DNA from: an uncultured Methanomicrobiales archaeon
GTDB taxonomy: Archaea; Halobacteriota; Methanomicrobia; Methanomicrobiales; JACTUA01
DNA: 64,000 bases
Assembly (NCBI GenBank): GCA_963712215.1
Contig: CAVQHA010000007.1
Coordinates: 143,583 to 207,582, forward strand
Direction of reading: 5' to 3'
This document shows, piece after piece, positions 50,474 to 61,097 of the stretch (positions are counted from its first letter, which is position 1; each line of letters opens with the position of its first letter). The translations under genes were made by a program, and so were the position numbers. Under the pieces are notes generated by a model. The model searched no databases and was not told the DNA's origin. It was given only the letters and a program-made list of their open reading frames with translations.

Positions 50474-52170
50474 GCCCATGGTCGCCCGGAGGTTCCTCGC
50501 CGGCTCGAAACGGCGGGGGATCCTCTCCCTCCTCGGGATCTTCGTCCTCGCCATCCTCCTCTTCACCATCGCCTTCCACTCCCTCTTCCCCCTTCTCGAG
50601 GGACGGGACATCTCCTGGCCCCAGGCCCTCCTCTTCATCCTCGAGACGATCACCACGGTCGGTTTCGGGGAGCTCCTCCCCTTCAGGAGCGATCTCACCA
50701 TCCTCTTCACCATCGTCCTGATCCTGGCAGGGGTCTTCATGATCTTCCTGTCCATCCCCATCCTCCTCGAGCCGGTCCTCGCCCGCATCATCAACAGCCC
50801 GCCCCCCACCCAGACCCCGCGGGAGATGAAGGGGCATGTCGTGATCGTGGGCTACGGGAACCTCGCCCGGGCGCTGATCGAGAGCCTCATCGTCTCCGAC
50901 CTGGGGATCGTGATCGTGGAGTCCGACGAGGCGGTGGCCCGGGAGGTCTTCCTGCGGGTACCGGTCACGGGTCTCGGTGGTCTGGGGGGATTACATGTCC
51001 CCCCGTACCTGGGAGCATGCCTGGGCGGCGCATGCCCACTCTGTGGTCATCTGCGAGGACGAGAGGACTGCAGCCGAGATCATTCTCGGGATACGGGACC
51101 AGACCCGGGGGTCCATCATCGCGGTGGTCGACGACCTCGCCTATGACCGGTACCTCCGGTACGCCGGGGCGGAGTACGTCCTCTCGCCGAAGAACTCCAC
51201 GGGGAAGATCCTCGCCCGGCACGCGGTGATGCGCCCCGACGTGGACACCATCTTCGAGGCCATCAGCCTCGACCACATGAAGCTCGAGGAGGGCCGGGCC
51301 GCGGACGGGACCCTCAAGCTCGTCAAGGTGCCGGTCATGCCCGGGTGCATCGCCTTCGGGAAGAGCCTGGGGGAGCTCGCCCTCTACGAGCGGTACGGCG
51401 TGGACCTCCTCTTCCTCTGGAAGGCCGGGGAGTTCGTCGCCTCCCCGGGAAAGGGGGACCTCCTGGACGCCTCGACCATGCTCTTCCTCCTGGGGAGGGC
51501 CTCCTCGGTCTCCGAGGTCCTCGACCGGGAGTTCTGCGTCCGCGAGGCAGGGGAGGCGGCCGCGGTCATCGCGGGGTACGGGGACGTGGGGAAGGCGGTC
51601 TTCCAGGAGCTCTCGGGAGCGGGCATCCGGTGCACCGTCGTCGACCGGAAGAGCCACGGCATCCGCGAGGTGGTGGGGAATGCCGAGGACGAGGCGGTCC
51701 TGAAGGCGGCCGGGGTGGAGGGCGCCCGGTTCGTGGTCGTGGCGGTTAACAGCGACCAGGCGAACATCTTCACCACCCTGGTCGCGAGGAACCTCTCCCC
51801 CTCGGCAAAGATCCTGGCCCGGGCGAACGAGCCCGCATCCGTAGAGAAACTCTACAAGGCGGGGGCGGACTACGTGGCGCTCCTCCCCACCATCGGCGGG
51901 CAGGTCATCGCGGGGATCCTCCTCTCGGATATCGTGCGGGTCCTCGTCGATCTCCCGAACGGTCAGAAGGTGCTCATGAAGCACCTGACCCGCCATGCCG
52001 GGATACCAGTCGGGGAGCTGGAGAGGAGGACCGGTGTCCGTATCGTCGGTATAGAGGGGGCTGTCCGGTCCGTCGTCCGGCCTCTTCCCGGGGAGCCCAT
52101 CGGCGAGGGGGACTCGGTCATCGCTGTCGGGCTGAACGAGAACCTGAAGGATCTCATTCACTTCATCTGA
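50466..52170 (+). CDS. Potassium channel with two C-terminal RCK (TrkA_N/TrkA_C) modules, one frameshift
   Basis: Two TM helices flank the selectivity filter TTVGFGE. Rossmann regions follow: HVVIVGYGNLARAL and AAVIAGYGDVGKAVF. The junction is near 50955-50960. The ATG overlaps the upstream stop by 8 nt. Confidence 0.82.
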
Positions 52171-52254
52171 AGCTTGCCGAAACGGGAATAAACCTGCAGA
52201 AGGGCTCCCAGGAGTGGGGGCCACTGTATAGGTTTTGTTCCCCCGCTGTAGGAG

Positions 52255-52941
52255 TCAGGAGAAGAGTTCAGGATACTCTTCAGGCCGGTTCAGGAACCCG
52301 AGGCTTTCCGTCCCGATGAGATCGTAGAGGTGAGCAGCCGGCAGGGAACCTGTCCCCTCCTGTTCGGATGCCCTGGTGATCCGGATCGCCGAAACATCAG
52401 GGTAGCAGGCGTTCTTCACCAGCCTTCCCCCTGCGAGCTCGAAGTAAGCCGCACCCCGGAGCTCCTCATAAACTGAATAATCGCTCTCGAAACGGGTCGA
52501 GACGATATTTGCCATGGCGAGCGTGGTGCCTCCCGGGTTGATGGTCACATGGCCGTACCCGGGTGGGATGAGGACCAGCTCACCGGCCCGGGCTTCCAGA
52601 AGCCGCACGTCATCCCCGGATCTTGTCTGGAGCAGGTAGTGGGCCTCCCCCTCGAGGACCTCGTAGATCTCGGGGAACGGCACCCCGTTCCCGTTCTCCG
52701 GGTGATGGTGCCCCTTGGTCTTCACATATTCTCCGCAGAGAGTTCTTGCGGGGATGACCGTGACATCGTACCTGAGGTCATGGTCCCGGAGCCACCGCCC
52801 GTCCTCCCGGGTCTTCGAGAGGTCGCGGTACATGAGATAGAGCGGTTCCGCACATTCGCAGGTCGGATCCAGGAGGACTCCCCGGATCTCCTCGATAGTG
52901 CGGACCCTGGGGGGAGGGAGGGGGCCATCCCAGGAGAACAT
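52255..52941 (-). CDS. pgiA: Cupin-type glucose-6-phosphate isomerase
   Basis: Intact 228-aa ORF with TKGHHHPENGNGVPFPEIYEVLEGEAHYLLQ and GYGHVTINPG. Confidence 0.8.
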   Translation of the reverse strand: MFSWDGPLPPPRVRTIEEIRGVLLDPTCECAEPLYLMYRDLSKTREDGRWLRDHDLRYDVTVIPARTLCGEYVKTKGHHHPENGNGVPFPEIYEVLEGEAHYLLQTRSGDDVRLLEARAGELVLIPPGYGHVTINPGGTTLAMANIVSTRFESDYSVYEELRGAAYFELAGGRLVKNACYPDVSAIRITRASEQEGTGSLPAAHLYDLIGTESLGFLNRPEEYPELFS

Positions 52942-54227
52942 TACTTCTTCCTGCGATGGATGAGGATATAATAGAGGGCGATTGCTATGAGAGCGATGAT
53001 AGCGACAAGGGCGAGGGGGTTCGTGAGGGTCCCGAGGATCCCCACGGGCTGGACCACGTCAACCGGGACCTTGATGGTATCCGAGATCTGGCTGTTGTCC
53101 AGGGCATCGCGGTACCGGATCTCGGAGTCCAGGCCGTAACTCTTCGGGGTCGCCCCGCCGTCTACGGTCATCTCGAAGCTCGCGGTCCCGCTCTGGCCGG
53201 GGGCGAGGTCCCCGAGGTAGGCGGTATCGTCGTTGGAGGTGAAGGGGTCGACAGCCGAGATCCTCGCCTCGGCATGGTAGACGGGGGCGGTCCCGGTATT
53301 CCTGTACACCACCGCGAGGGTTACCCTCTGACCGGGATTCACCTGGGTGGCAGGCGAGGTCACCGCGAAATCTATCTTGGGCCCGACCGGTACCCCGACC
53401 GTGACCGTGTCCGATGATGCCGGGTCGCCTTCGGAGTTGGTGTAGTCCACGTGGATATCCACGGGATAATCCTGTGCCTCGGCATCGGTGGAGACCGAGG
53501 CCTTGAACCGGATCTCCTTCGTTTCCCCGGGCCCGAAGTCCCCGATATAGACCGAGGCGTCCGTGGGGGTCAGGGGCGAGAGGCCGTCCCTCTCGAGCTT
53601 GGCTACCGCATCGGTCGCGTGCTCGCTTCCCGCATTCGTGATCTTCACGATGACGTACCCCTCGGTGCCCACGTTCAGCTGCTCGGCACGGGCCTCGCTC
53701 ACATCGAGGGTCACCCCGGGCTTGATCGTAATGCTGATGGGGACCGTGATGTTCGCGTTATAATACCAGTAGCGGAGGGTATCGAAGCTGATCTGTTCAG
53801 CATTATTGAGGTACTGGTAGCTGAGCTGGACGGGGAGGGTGTAGACCCCACCCGGAGCATACTTCGAGATCTTTATCGAGAAGGTGGCCGCCACGCTCTT
53901 CCCGCCGAGGAGGTCCCCGACGAACTGGGGTTCCGTCTTCACCGTGACGGGGGCCGTTCCCGGCGAGAGCCCGACGACGAGGAGCTTCGCGGTGTTGGGC
54001 TTGTCGGTCTGGGTAATGATGCTCGATTGGACTATCGTGACATCATTGACCCCCGTATTCTGGACATTCACGATGAGGCTCACGTCCTCCCCCGGGGTGA
54101 ACTCATTCGTGCCCGAGATGGCCGCCGAGAGCTGCGGGGATCCGAAGAGGTCCTGCTCACCGGCAAGTGCCGGTGCCGCGATGAGGGCGAGGACTGCGAT
54201 GACAGGGAATAACCATCGGTAGTTCAT
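52941..54227 (-). CDS. COG1361-type surface protein (signal peptide, beta-sandwich repeats, C-terminal TM anchor)
   Basis: Intact from MNYRWLFPVIAVLALIAAPALA to the anchor LALVAIIALIAIALYYILIHRRKK. Its TAA overlaps the pgiA ATG (TAATG). Confidence 0.7.
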   Translation of the reverse strand: MNYRWLFPVIAVLALIAAPALAGEQDLFGSPQLSAAISGTNEFTPGEDVSLIVNVQNTGVNDVTIVQSSIITQTDKPNTAKLLVVGLSPGTAPVTVKTEPQFVGDLLGGKSVAATFSIKISKYAPGGVYTLPVQLSYQYLNNAEQISFDTLRYWYYNANITVPISITIKPGVTLDVSEARAEQLNVGTEGYVIVKITNAGSEHATDAVAKLERDGLSPLTPTDASVYIGDFGPGETKEIRFKASVSTDAEAQDYPVDIHVDYTNSEGDPASSDTVTVGVPVGPKIDFAVTSPATQVNPGQRVTLAVVYRNTGTAPVYHAEARISAVDPFTSNDDTAYLGDLAPGQSGTASFEMTVDGGATPKSYGLDSEIRYRDALDNSQISDTIKVPVDVVQPVGILGTLTNPLALVAIIALIAIALYYILIHRRKK

Positions 54228-54294
54228 GAGGTTCCAACCTTGTTGTCTTGATAATAACAACATTTATCTGGATTCGGTATTTATACTTACGTTT

Positions 54295-55088
54295 ATGGAG
54301 ATGCGCGAGGATCTCCGCGGTACCCTTCCGCAGATCCTGAAATCCCTCGGTTTTACCAAGTACCGAGGCCCTGGTCTACGTCGCCCTCCTCGGGATGGAG
54401 GGCGCGACCGCGACCGAGATCCACGAGTTCTCCCAGGTCCCGCGCGCATCGGTCTACCCGGTACTCGACCGGCTCATCGGGAAGAACCTCGTGACCATCT
54501 CGGAGGCCACGCCCAAGCGGTTCTCGGCCATCCCGCCGGCGGAGGGGATAGAGAACCTCCTCTCGGGGATCGAGAGGGACGCCCTCCATGCAAAGGAGAT
54601 CCTCTCCGAGATCTACAGTAGAAGGGTGACCGTGGAACGGGGCAACCAGGAGCTCATCTGGTCCTTCTACGGGGAGGAGCAGATCGCCTCACGGGTAAAG
54701 GACCTCCTCGGCAGGGCGGAGCGGAAGGTGCAGGTCATCACCGGCTGGTCGTTCATGGAGCGGCTGGTCCTCCCGGGAGCTCCAGCGGAGGGCGAGGCCC
54801 GTGGAGGTGGAGGCTATCATCGACCGGTGGGAGGGTCCCGTCCCTGCGGGGATGCAGGTCCACGTGCGGGGCCGGCACATCATGGGGCGGGGGCATGCCG
54901 GGCTCCAGCCGCCCCAGACGGCCGGGATCTTCATCGTCGACGGCGGGAAGGCGCTCATCGTCATGGGAGTGGCGGAGGAGACCCCCACCGCTCTCTTCTC
55001 CGAGTCCCCCGGGTTCCTCCGCTTCTTCTCGCAGATCTGGTCCCTGAACCTTGCGATGGTTACCCGGGCGGATCAGCCTGTCTCCTGA
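54295..55088 (+). CDS. TrmB-family transcriptional regulator, 2 frameshifts
   Basis: The winged HTH reads LKSLGFTKYEALVYVALLGMEGATATEIHEFSQVPRASVYPVLDRLIGKNLV after correcting an extra C near 54365. A second shift lies near 54775. Confidence 0.75.
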
Positions 55089-55104
55089 TCGGATCTCTTC
55101 GAAC

Positions 55105-55890
55105 TCAGTAGTCCCGGATCGAACCCATCTCCGCGACGTCCATGACCCCCTTGAGGGCTTTTGTGACGACCCGGATCCCCTCCTCCTTCAGGGCTGCCAT
55201 GGGGTTCGTCCCCCCGACCATGGCGACCCCGAAGTACTGGGGGTTCGCGGGGACACCGAGGATCGGGAGGTTGGGGGCGCCCACCTCCAGGATGCCGGTA
55301 AACCCGACACTGGAAAAGTCGTCCAGGAGGCCGATGACGAGGGACTCGGCCTCCATGTGGCACTCCCGCAGGTTCGCGAGGATGGTCCCGCTCCCCTCCT
55401 TCATGACCCGGAGGATGGAGGTGAGGTCCTGGGCGACGAGGACCTCGAGGGGGTCGATGGTTGTCGCCCGGTAGAGGATCATGTGGGTGAAGCGCCGGGG
55501 AACCCGGTCGACGATCTCCACGAGCCCCCCGCCTATCGGCTGGACGGGGACCCCCCGCCTGAGGAGGATGCCGTCCAGGGTGATGGTGCACATGGTGCAG
55601 ATCCCTGCAAACCCCTCGGGGATGGTCAGGCCCTCGAGCCGTGCGCCCGCGCCAAAGAACCGCACCTTGTCGCTCACCGAGAGCCCGGCCCGGTAGGCGT
55701 TCCTGAAGAGCGAGATCGCCTCCTCCAGGTTCTCGTTCGGGATGAGGGAGAGGTTGAAGATGATATTCCCGGTATTCTCGATCGGGTCATAGCTCACCTC
55801 CATGGCGAGATCCTCGATCCGGTTGTTGATGAACTTGAGCCCGGGCCCGCAGATCTCCCCGGAAAGGTCGCTGTTCGGTTCCATGAGCAC
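55105..55890 (-). CDS. NrpR-regulatory-domain (DUF128) protein without an obvious HTH
   Basis: Intact 261-aa ORF (GAGARLEGLTIPEGFAGICTMCTITLDG...MVGGTNPMAALKEEGI...VMDVAEMGSI). Confidence 0.55.
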   Translation of the reverse strand: MLMEPNSDLSGEICGPGLKFINNRIEDLAMEVSYDPIENTGNIIFNLSLIPNENLEEAISLFRNAYRAGLSVSDKVRFFGAGARLEGLTIPEGFAGICTMCTITLDGILLRRGVPVQPIGGGLVEIVDRVPRRFTHMILYRATTIDPLEVLVAQDLTSILRVMKEGSGTILANLRECHMEAESLVIGLLDDFSSVGFTGILEVGAPNLPILGVPANPQYFGVAMVGGTNPMAALKEEGIRVVTKALKGVMDVAEMGSIRDY

Positions 55891-56027
55891 CTGTACGGGT
55901 ACACTTCATACGGTTCTCTGATATAGGTGTCGCATGGGACGGGGAATATGGGCCTGCCCCTGCCCATCCTCCCACGGGGAGAAGGGAGAAGAAATGTTCT
56001 ATAGTACCGATGCGATGTACGTGTGAA

Positions 56028-56958
56028 TGGACAGCGAGATGAGGGATCGGGCCCGGGAGGCGGTGCGGCGCATCCTTGAGGCGGCCTCGTACCGAGGTGG
56101 AGGACCTGGAGAGGCCCCTGGACCTCTCGGCCATCGGCGCAGGGGAGTGCGTGATCGTCCAGTGCTCTGACAATGCCGGGGAGATCGGCCAGTTCGACAG
56201 GACAAACTACCGGTGCAGGATCGAAGAGAAAGAGGTGACGAGCCGGAAGCTCCTGTTCACCCTGAACGACTCGGTGCGGACCGAGCACTGCACCCGCTGG
56301 GGGATCGGGGACCTCGAGAGCTTCTCCGGGAAGGCCGCGATCGCCTCCGTCCTCGGCCAGGGTTTTGACCTGGACCTGAGCGCGGGCCCGCAGCCTCGGC
56401 CATGCAGGCTCCCGAAGAGGCCGGCCCGGAGCTCCCCACGTCCCGGTAAAGGTGGACGAGAAGCGTGCCCGGGCCATATCCGGGGAGAGCGGGGCCGGGA
56501 TCCTCCGGTTCATCCCCTACTGGCGCTACCACTACAAGAGCAGCGGCCAGAAGGGCTACGGCAACCAGGTAGTGACCTTCGAGGCCGAGAAGAAGGGGTC
56601 CATCAACGCCATCAACGGGGCAGAGACCAGCGACGAACTGGGGCAGGTCCAGGTCTCCCCCGTCCCGATATCCGCCGTCGTCCTCCAGCCGATGGTCAAG
56701 AAGGACGAGGCAGAGGAGAAGCTCCGCACCCGCATCATCGAGGAGCTCACCCAGAAGGTGCGGATCAAGCAGGCGAAGGGGGACACCATCTTCTACGAAG
56801 AAAGGATCTTCAAGCCCGAGAGGAAGGACATCACCATCGATCTCGAGCTCGTCCATGTGCCGGTCTGGCAGTTCAGGGGGAAGAAGTTCGTGGAGCTGAA
56901 CGCGGTCACGGGCGTCGTCCTCACCGAGCCGATGGACACGGGTGCCGAGCTCCTCTGA
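56028..56958 (+). CDS. Hypothetical protein, 2 frameshifts
   Basis: The N-terminus MDSEMRDRAREAVRRILEAAS joins VEDLERPLDLSAIGAGECVIVQCSD... (shift near 56090) and then ORF 56452..56958 (shift near 56410). I recognise no family. Confidence 0.45.
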
Positions 56959-56966
56959 CGGCCCAC

Positions 56967-58300
56967 ATGATCGTCGTCATCGGCGGCGGGCCAGCGGGGC
57001 GCCTCGCGGCCATGCGCCTGGCCCGAGGAGGGAAGGAGGTGACCGTCGTTGAGAGGGGCGCCATGGGCGGCCAGTGCCTCCACCACGGCTGCATGGTGGT
57101 CTGCGCCCTCGCCGACGTTGCACGGACCATCCGTTACGCGGGGGCCCTCCACAATCTCGGGGTCCTCGACCGGCCCCCCCGGGTCTCCTACCCGAAACTC
57201 ATGGAGGAGATGGGAAAGATACAGGCGACAATCACCCGCGTCCTCGACGCCGAGACCGAAGAGGCGGGGGAGATCTCCATCGCCAGGGGCGAAGGGAAGC
57301 TGAGGGGTCCACTCCTTTTATCGATGGTAAGCCTGTTGAAGCAGAGGCCGTCCTTGCTGCGACCGGGTCCCGTCCCCTGATTCCCCAGGTCGAGGGGAGG
57401 GATCTCCCGGGGGTTGTGCATGCACACACCCTCCGGGCATGGAAGGATCTCCCGCCCCGGATCGCCATCGTCGGGGGAGGGGTGATGGCCGCGGAGTTCG
57501 CCCACATCTTCCATGCCTTCGGGGCGGAGGTGAGCATCCTCGCGAGGAGCACGTTCCTCAGGGAGCTGGACGAGCGCCTCCGGAAGCTGGCGCTGAGGGA
57601 GCTCGAAGGGGTGAAGATCGAGGAGGATGCCTGTCTCCTCCGGATTGACGGGGACCGGCATGTCGAGGCCGCCGTAGTGGGCGGGAAAGGGGGTGAGCGG
57701 GTGATCCCTGCCGATGGAGTCTTCCTCGCGACCGGGCTTGCCCCGAACTCGGAGATGATCCAGGGCCCCGGGAAAGGCCCGCTGGGTGAGGTGGTGGTGG
57801 ACGATCATATGCGGACGAATGTCCCCGGGGTCTACGCAGCAGGGGATCTCACGGGCCCCCCCTACCTTACCCCCGTCGCACGGATGGAGGGGCTGGTCGC
57901 CGCCGATAATATCCTCGGCCGGGAGAGGAGGATGGACTACCGGTGCATCCCCCGGTCCCTCACCCTGATGAACGAGTTCGCCTGGTGCTCCTCGGAGGAT
58001 GACGGGCCATCGGTCGGAACGGGATCCCCTTCCCCAGCCGGCCCGTTCTCCTTCTGGGCAGTTCCCAAAGGAAACACCGGGTACTCGGGCATCCGCGTCA
58101 ACCCGGAGGACGGGAAGATCCTCTCCGCCTCTCTCGCCGCCCCGGGCGCATCCATCGTCGCCTCGTACATCGCTTTCCTGATCCGGACTGGGTGCACGGT
58201 GCAGGACTTCGACGAGTTCATCGAGGTCCACCCCACCACCGACGGGGCATTCTCCCTTGCCCGCTACCTCGACGAGTGGCTGCGGTTCAGGAAGGAGTAG
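56967..58300 (+). CDS. Class I pyridine nucleotide-disulfide (FAD) oxidoreductase, one frameshift
   Basis: Contains VVIGGGPAGRLAAMRLA, redox-active GGQCLHHGC, IVGGGVMAAEFAH and GVYAAGDL. The junction is near 57298-57305. Confidence 0.8.
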
Positions 58301-58420
58301 GGAGAGGATACCTTTCTCCTGCCGTCGAAATCCGTCCTCCTGCCGCCTGGTGGGTCGGTCGCATCCCTACCTATAGTGCCATATATCTCCGGGATGAAAT
58401 GAATGAAAGGAGAACACAGA

Positions 58421-59564
58421 ATGGGTGGATCCATCTTTCGGGCCATCATCGCCCTCATTGTCATCTGCACCCCCGTCGTCCTTGCCGCGGCTGCCGATGC
58501 CGATGCCTCGGACATGACCGTCACCGGCATCCAGATCAGCCCCTCGGTGCTCATGCGCGGGGATACCGCAACGGCTACCATCTCGGTCGAGAACCGGGGA
58601 GGAACGAGCGTGGCGGTTCGGCGGGCGTACCCTGATGGGGGAGGCGACCATGGTCCGGGTCCTGAACGATCCCTACGTGACCGTGGGGGATATCGGGGCC
58701 GGTAACTCCCGCGAGTTCTCCTTCCTCATCAGGGCGGATGGCCCGGACGGCACCTACTACCCGAAGTTCGTCCTCGACTTCCGGGACGCGGGCTCCCTCT
58801 CCGTCCCGTTCCCGGTGGTCGTCACCTCCACGGAGCTCGCGGTCTCGGTCCTCGAACGCCCCGACCGGTTCTCGCGCGAGAGCAAGGACATCGTGACCAT
58901 CCTCATCGGCAACCCACGCGCGAGCGAGGTGACCGGGGTGAACCTCGTCATGACGGGTGAAGGGCTCGATATCACTCCCTCGAGCTACTTCATCGGGACC
59001 CTGAAGCCCGATGCCTCCACCACGGTCTCTGTCAACATCACCCCCCACCAGGCGGGGAATCTCAGCACGGCGATCTCCTACCAGAACGGCGTGAACCTCC
59101 ACACGAAGGAGATCTTCACCCCCATTGTCCTCGACGATAACCTGAAACGCGCCTCACTCGTCGCGAGTAACCTCGTCCTCACGAGCGAGGGGGGCACCTA
59201 CCACCTGACCGGCGATGTCTCGAACGCGGGGCTCGAGGTCGCGAATGCCGTCACGGTGACCGCGGGCGGCGGTGCGGTACCGGTCGACCCGTTCCGTTCC
59301 TACGTGGTCGGGTCCCTCAACCCCGACGACTTCGCATCCTTCGAGGTATCCTTCCAGGCGAGGAACGCGAGCGCGGTCCTCCTCCTCCTCCAGTTCAAGG
59401 ACGAGACCGGGAAGATCTTCTCCGAGAGGACCGATGTCACCCTCACCCAGGCCCCGCTCTCTTCGCAGGGGGCGCCCGCGCTCCCCCCGGGGCCCGTCCT
59501 CCTCCTCGTCCTCGCCCTCGCTGTCGGCGGGGTGATCCTCTACTCGTGGAAGAGAAAACGGTGA
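58421..59564 (+). CDS. COG1361-type surface protein (third paralog), one frameshift
   Basis: AAGGAG lies 8 nt upstream of the ATG at 58421. The signal peptide is MGGSIFRAIIALIVICTPVVLAAAADA, and the C-terminal anchor is LLLVLALAVGGVILYSWKRKR. The junction is near 58620. Confidence 0.68.
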
Positions 59565-59585
59565 AAGATCCGGAGTGACGCCGGA

Positions 59586-60758
59586 TCACCTGAAATATCC
59601 TGAATTGAGGAGCTTCTCGGTGATGTTTGCATTCAGGGTGGGGCGGATGTCCTGGAGCCAGAGGAAGAACCCGAGCATCTTCCTGGACCGGTTGCTCTCG
59701 AACTTGAACTGGCCCGGCCTGACCCTGACCATCTTCATGTAATAGTTCCTGTCCCGGGGTTTCATGTAGATGATCGGTTCCGCCTCGGGAAGGTTCACCG
59801 TGAGGATGATCTTCGCGAACTGGGTCCGGATCTCATGGGAGGTGATGGGCCTCCCCTTGAGGGTGAGCCGGACCAGGTTCGAGAAGCTGTCGACCGCGCC
59901 CGGCTCGAGCGCCCCGAGGAGGATCTTCTTCACGATCACGGTCGCGGGGTCCCGGGGGTCCCCCCCGCGGTACATGACGCCGCTCGCGAGGGCCGAGAAG
60001 ACCCGGCTCCGCTGGAGTTCGTGCATCTGCCGGTAATCGAAGGAGCCTGCCAGGGGGAGGTCCGGGGCCTCGATGAGCTTGGGGTTCCGGGTGGTCCGGG
60101 GCGGGGCCCCCCGGATCACCTCCTCCGGCCTGACCAGCGTCTTGATCGACTCGCAGGTGGCGGTGGAGAGGTAGAGGTTCGAGGGGTCCTCCATGATACG
60201 GCGCACGGCGGAGATCCGGGAGATATCCACCGAGGAGACGAGGAGGGAGGGGACCACCTGCTGCCCGAAGAGGTGGCCCATGAGCCTCTTTTTGTACGTG
60301 AACTCCTTCTCGAGCTCCTTCATGGCCGCCGGGGAGGTGACGATCTCCCCGAACGCGATGGAGTTCCCCGCCCCGACGAGGAGGAGGTCGAGCTCGGCCA
60401 GGTCCTGGCCGTTCCCCCTCACCTTGATATCCCCGGAACGGGAGTAGAAAAGCCCGTTCTGGCCGAGTTGTGCCTGAAGCCTCCGGTACCGGGCGTCCGG
60501 ACCCTTGGAGACGACCCGTATGATCTGGTCGGAGGCCTGGGCGCAGCGGAGGATCGTCTCGTAGATGATCGCCTCGTACCATTTCCCCTCCGCGGTCTTC
60601 ATCGTCCCAGGGTCGGGCGAGAAGAGGCTCTTTCTCTGGGGACCGGAGAGGTGTCTCGTTGCCGCGAGGATGGTGGGCCGGTCGGGCGGGAACTGGGGGA
60701 AGTTCCTTGCCAGCCAGTCGTTCATCGGGAACGCACCGGTCCTCCGCACCAGTGGCAA
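59586..60758 (-). CDS. Orphan 390-aa protein with an N-terminal PD-(D/E)xK-like pattern
   Basis: Intact ORF, with a possible alternative start at 60725 (MNDWLARNF). It contains [11 protein letters not shown] ... [27 protein letters not shown] recognise no family. Confidence 0.55.
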   Translation of the reverse strand: MPLVRRTGAFPMNDWLARNFPQFPPDRPTILAATRHLSGPQRKSLFSPDPGTMKTAEGKWYEAIIYETILRCAQASDQIIRVVSKGPDARYRRLQAQLGQNGLFYSRSGDIKVRGNGQDLAELDLLLVGAGNSIAFGEIVTSPAAMKELEKEFTYKKRLMGHLFGQQVVPSLLVSSVDISRISAVRRIMEDPSNLYLSTATCESIKTLVRPEEVIRGAPPRTTRNPKLIEAPDLPLAGSFDYRQMHELQRSRVFSALASGVMYRGGDPRDPATVIVKKILLGALEPGAVDSFSNLVRLTLKGRPITSHEIRTQFAKIILTVNLPEAEPIIYMKPRDRNYYMKMVRVRPGQFKFESNRSRKMLGFFLWLQDIRPTLNANITEKLLNSGYFR

Positions 60759-61097
60759 GGGCTGGGCAGGGGAGGGGGAGGGGGCTTTACCGGAGGTGCC
60801 CCGGCCCCTCCTCCTCCGCCGCCTTCCCTGCCCGGGCGTACCGGGAGGCGCTCCCCTCCCGCTGCCTCCTCCGCCCGGCCCGGGGGGTGCTGCCGCCCGG
60901 GGGGTCCCGGGTCGGTTCTCCCCCTCCGCAGAATCCTCGCGATTCGACCCTATGCACTATAAAACTCTTCCCGAGACGCCTCATAATGGTTTACCCCCGG
61001 CCGCGGTGCCGGCGAGAACCTCCTTCCCGGTGCCGGAGCAGTGGCCGGAGCTCCTTTAAGAAACATTGTAATAGATACATGACCTATTTTTTACCCG

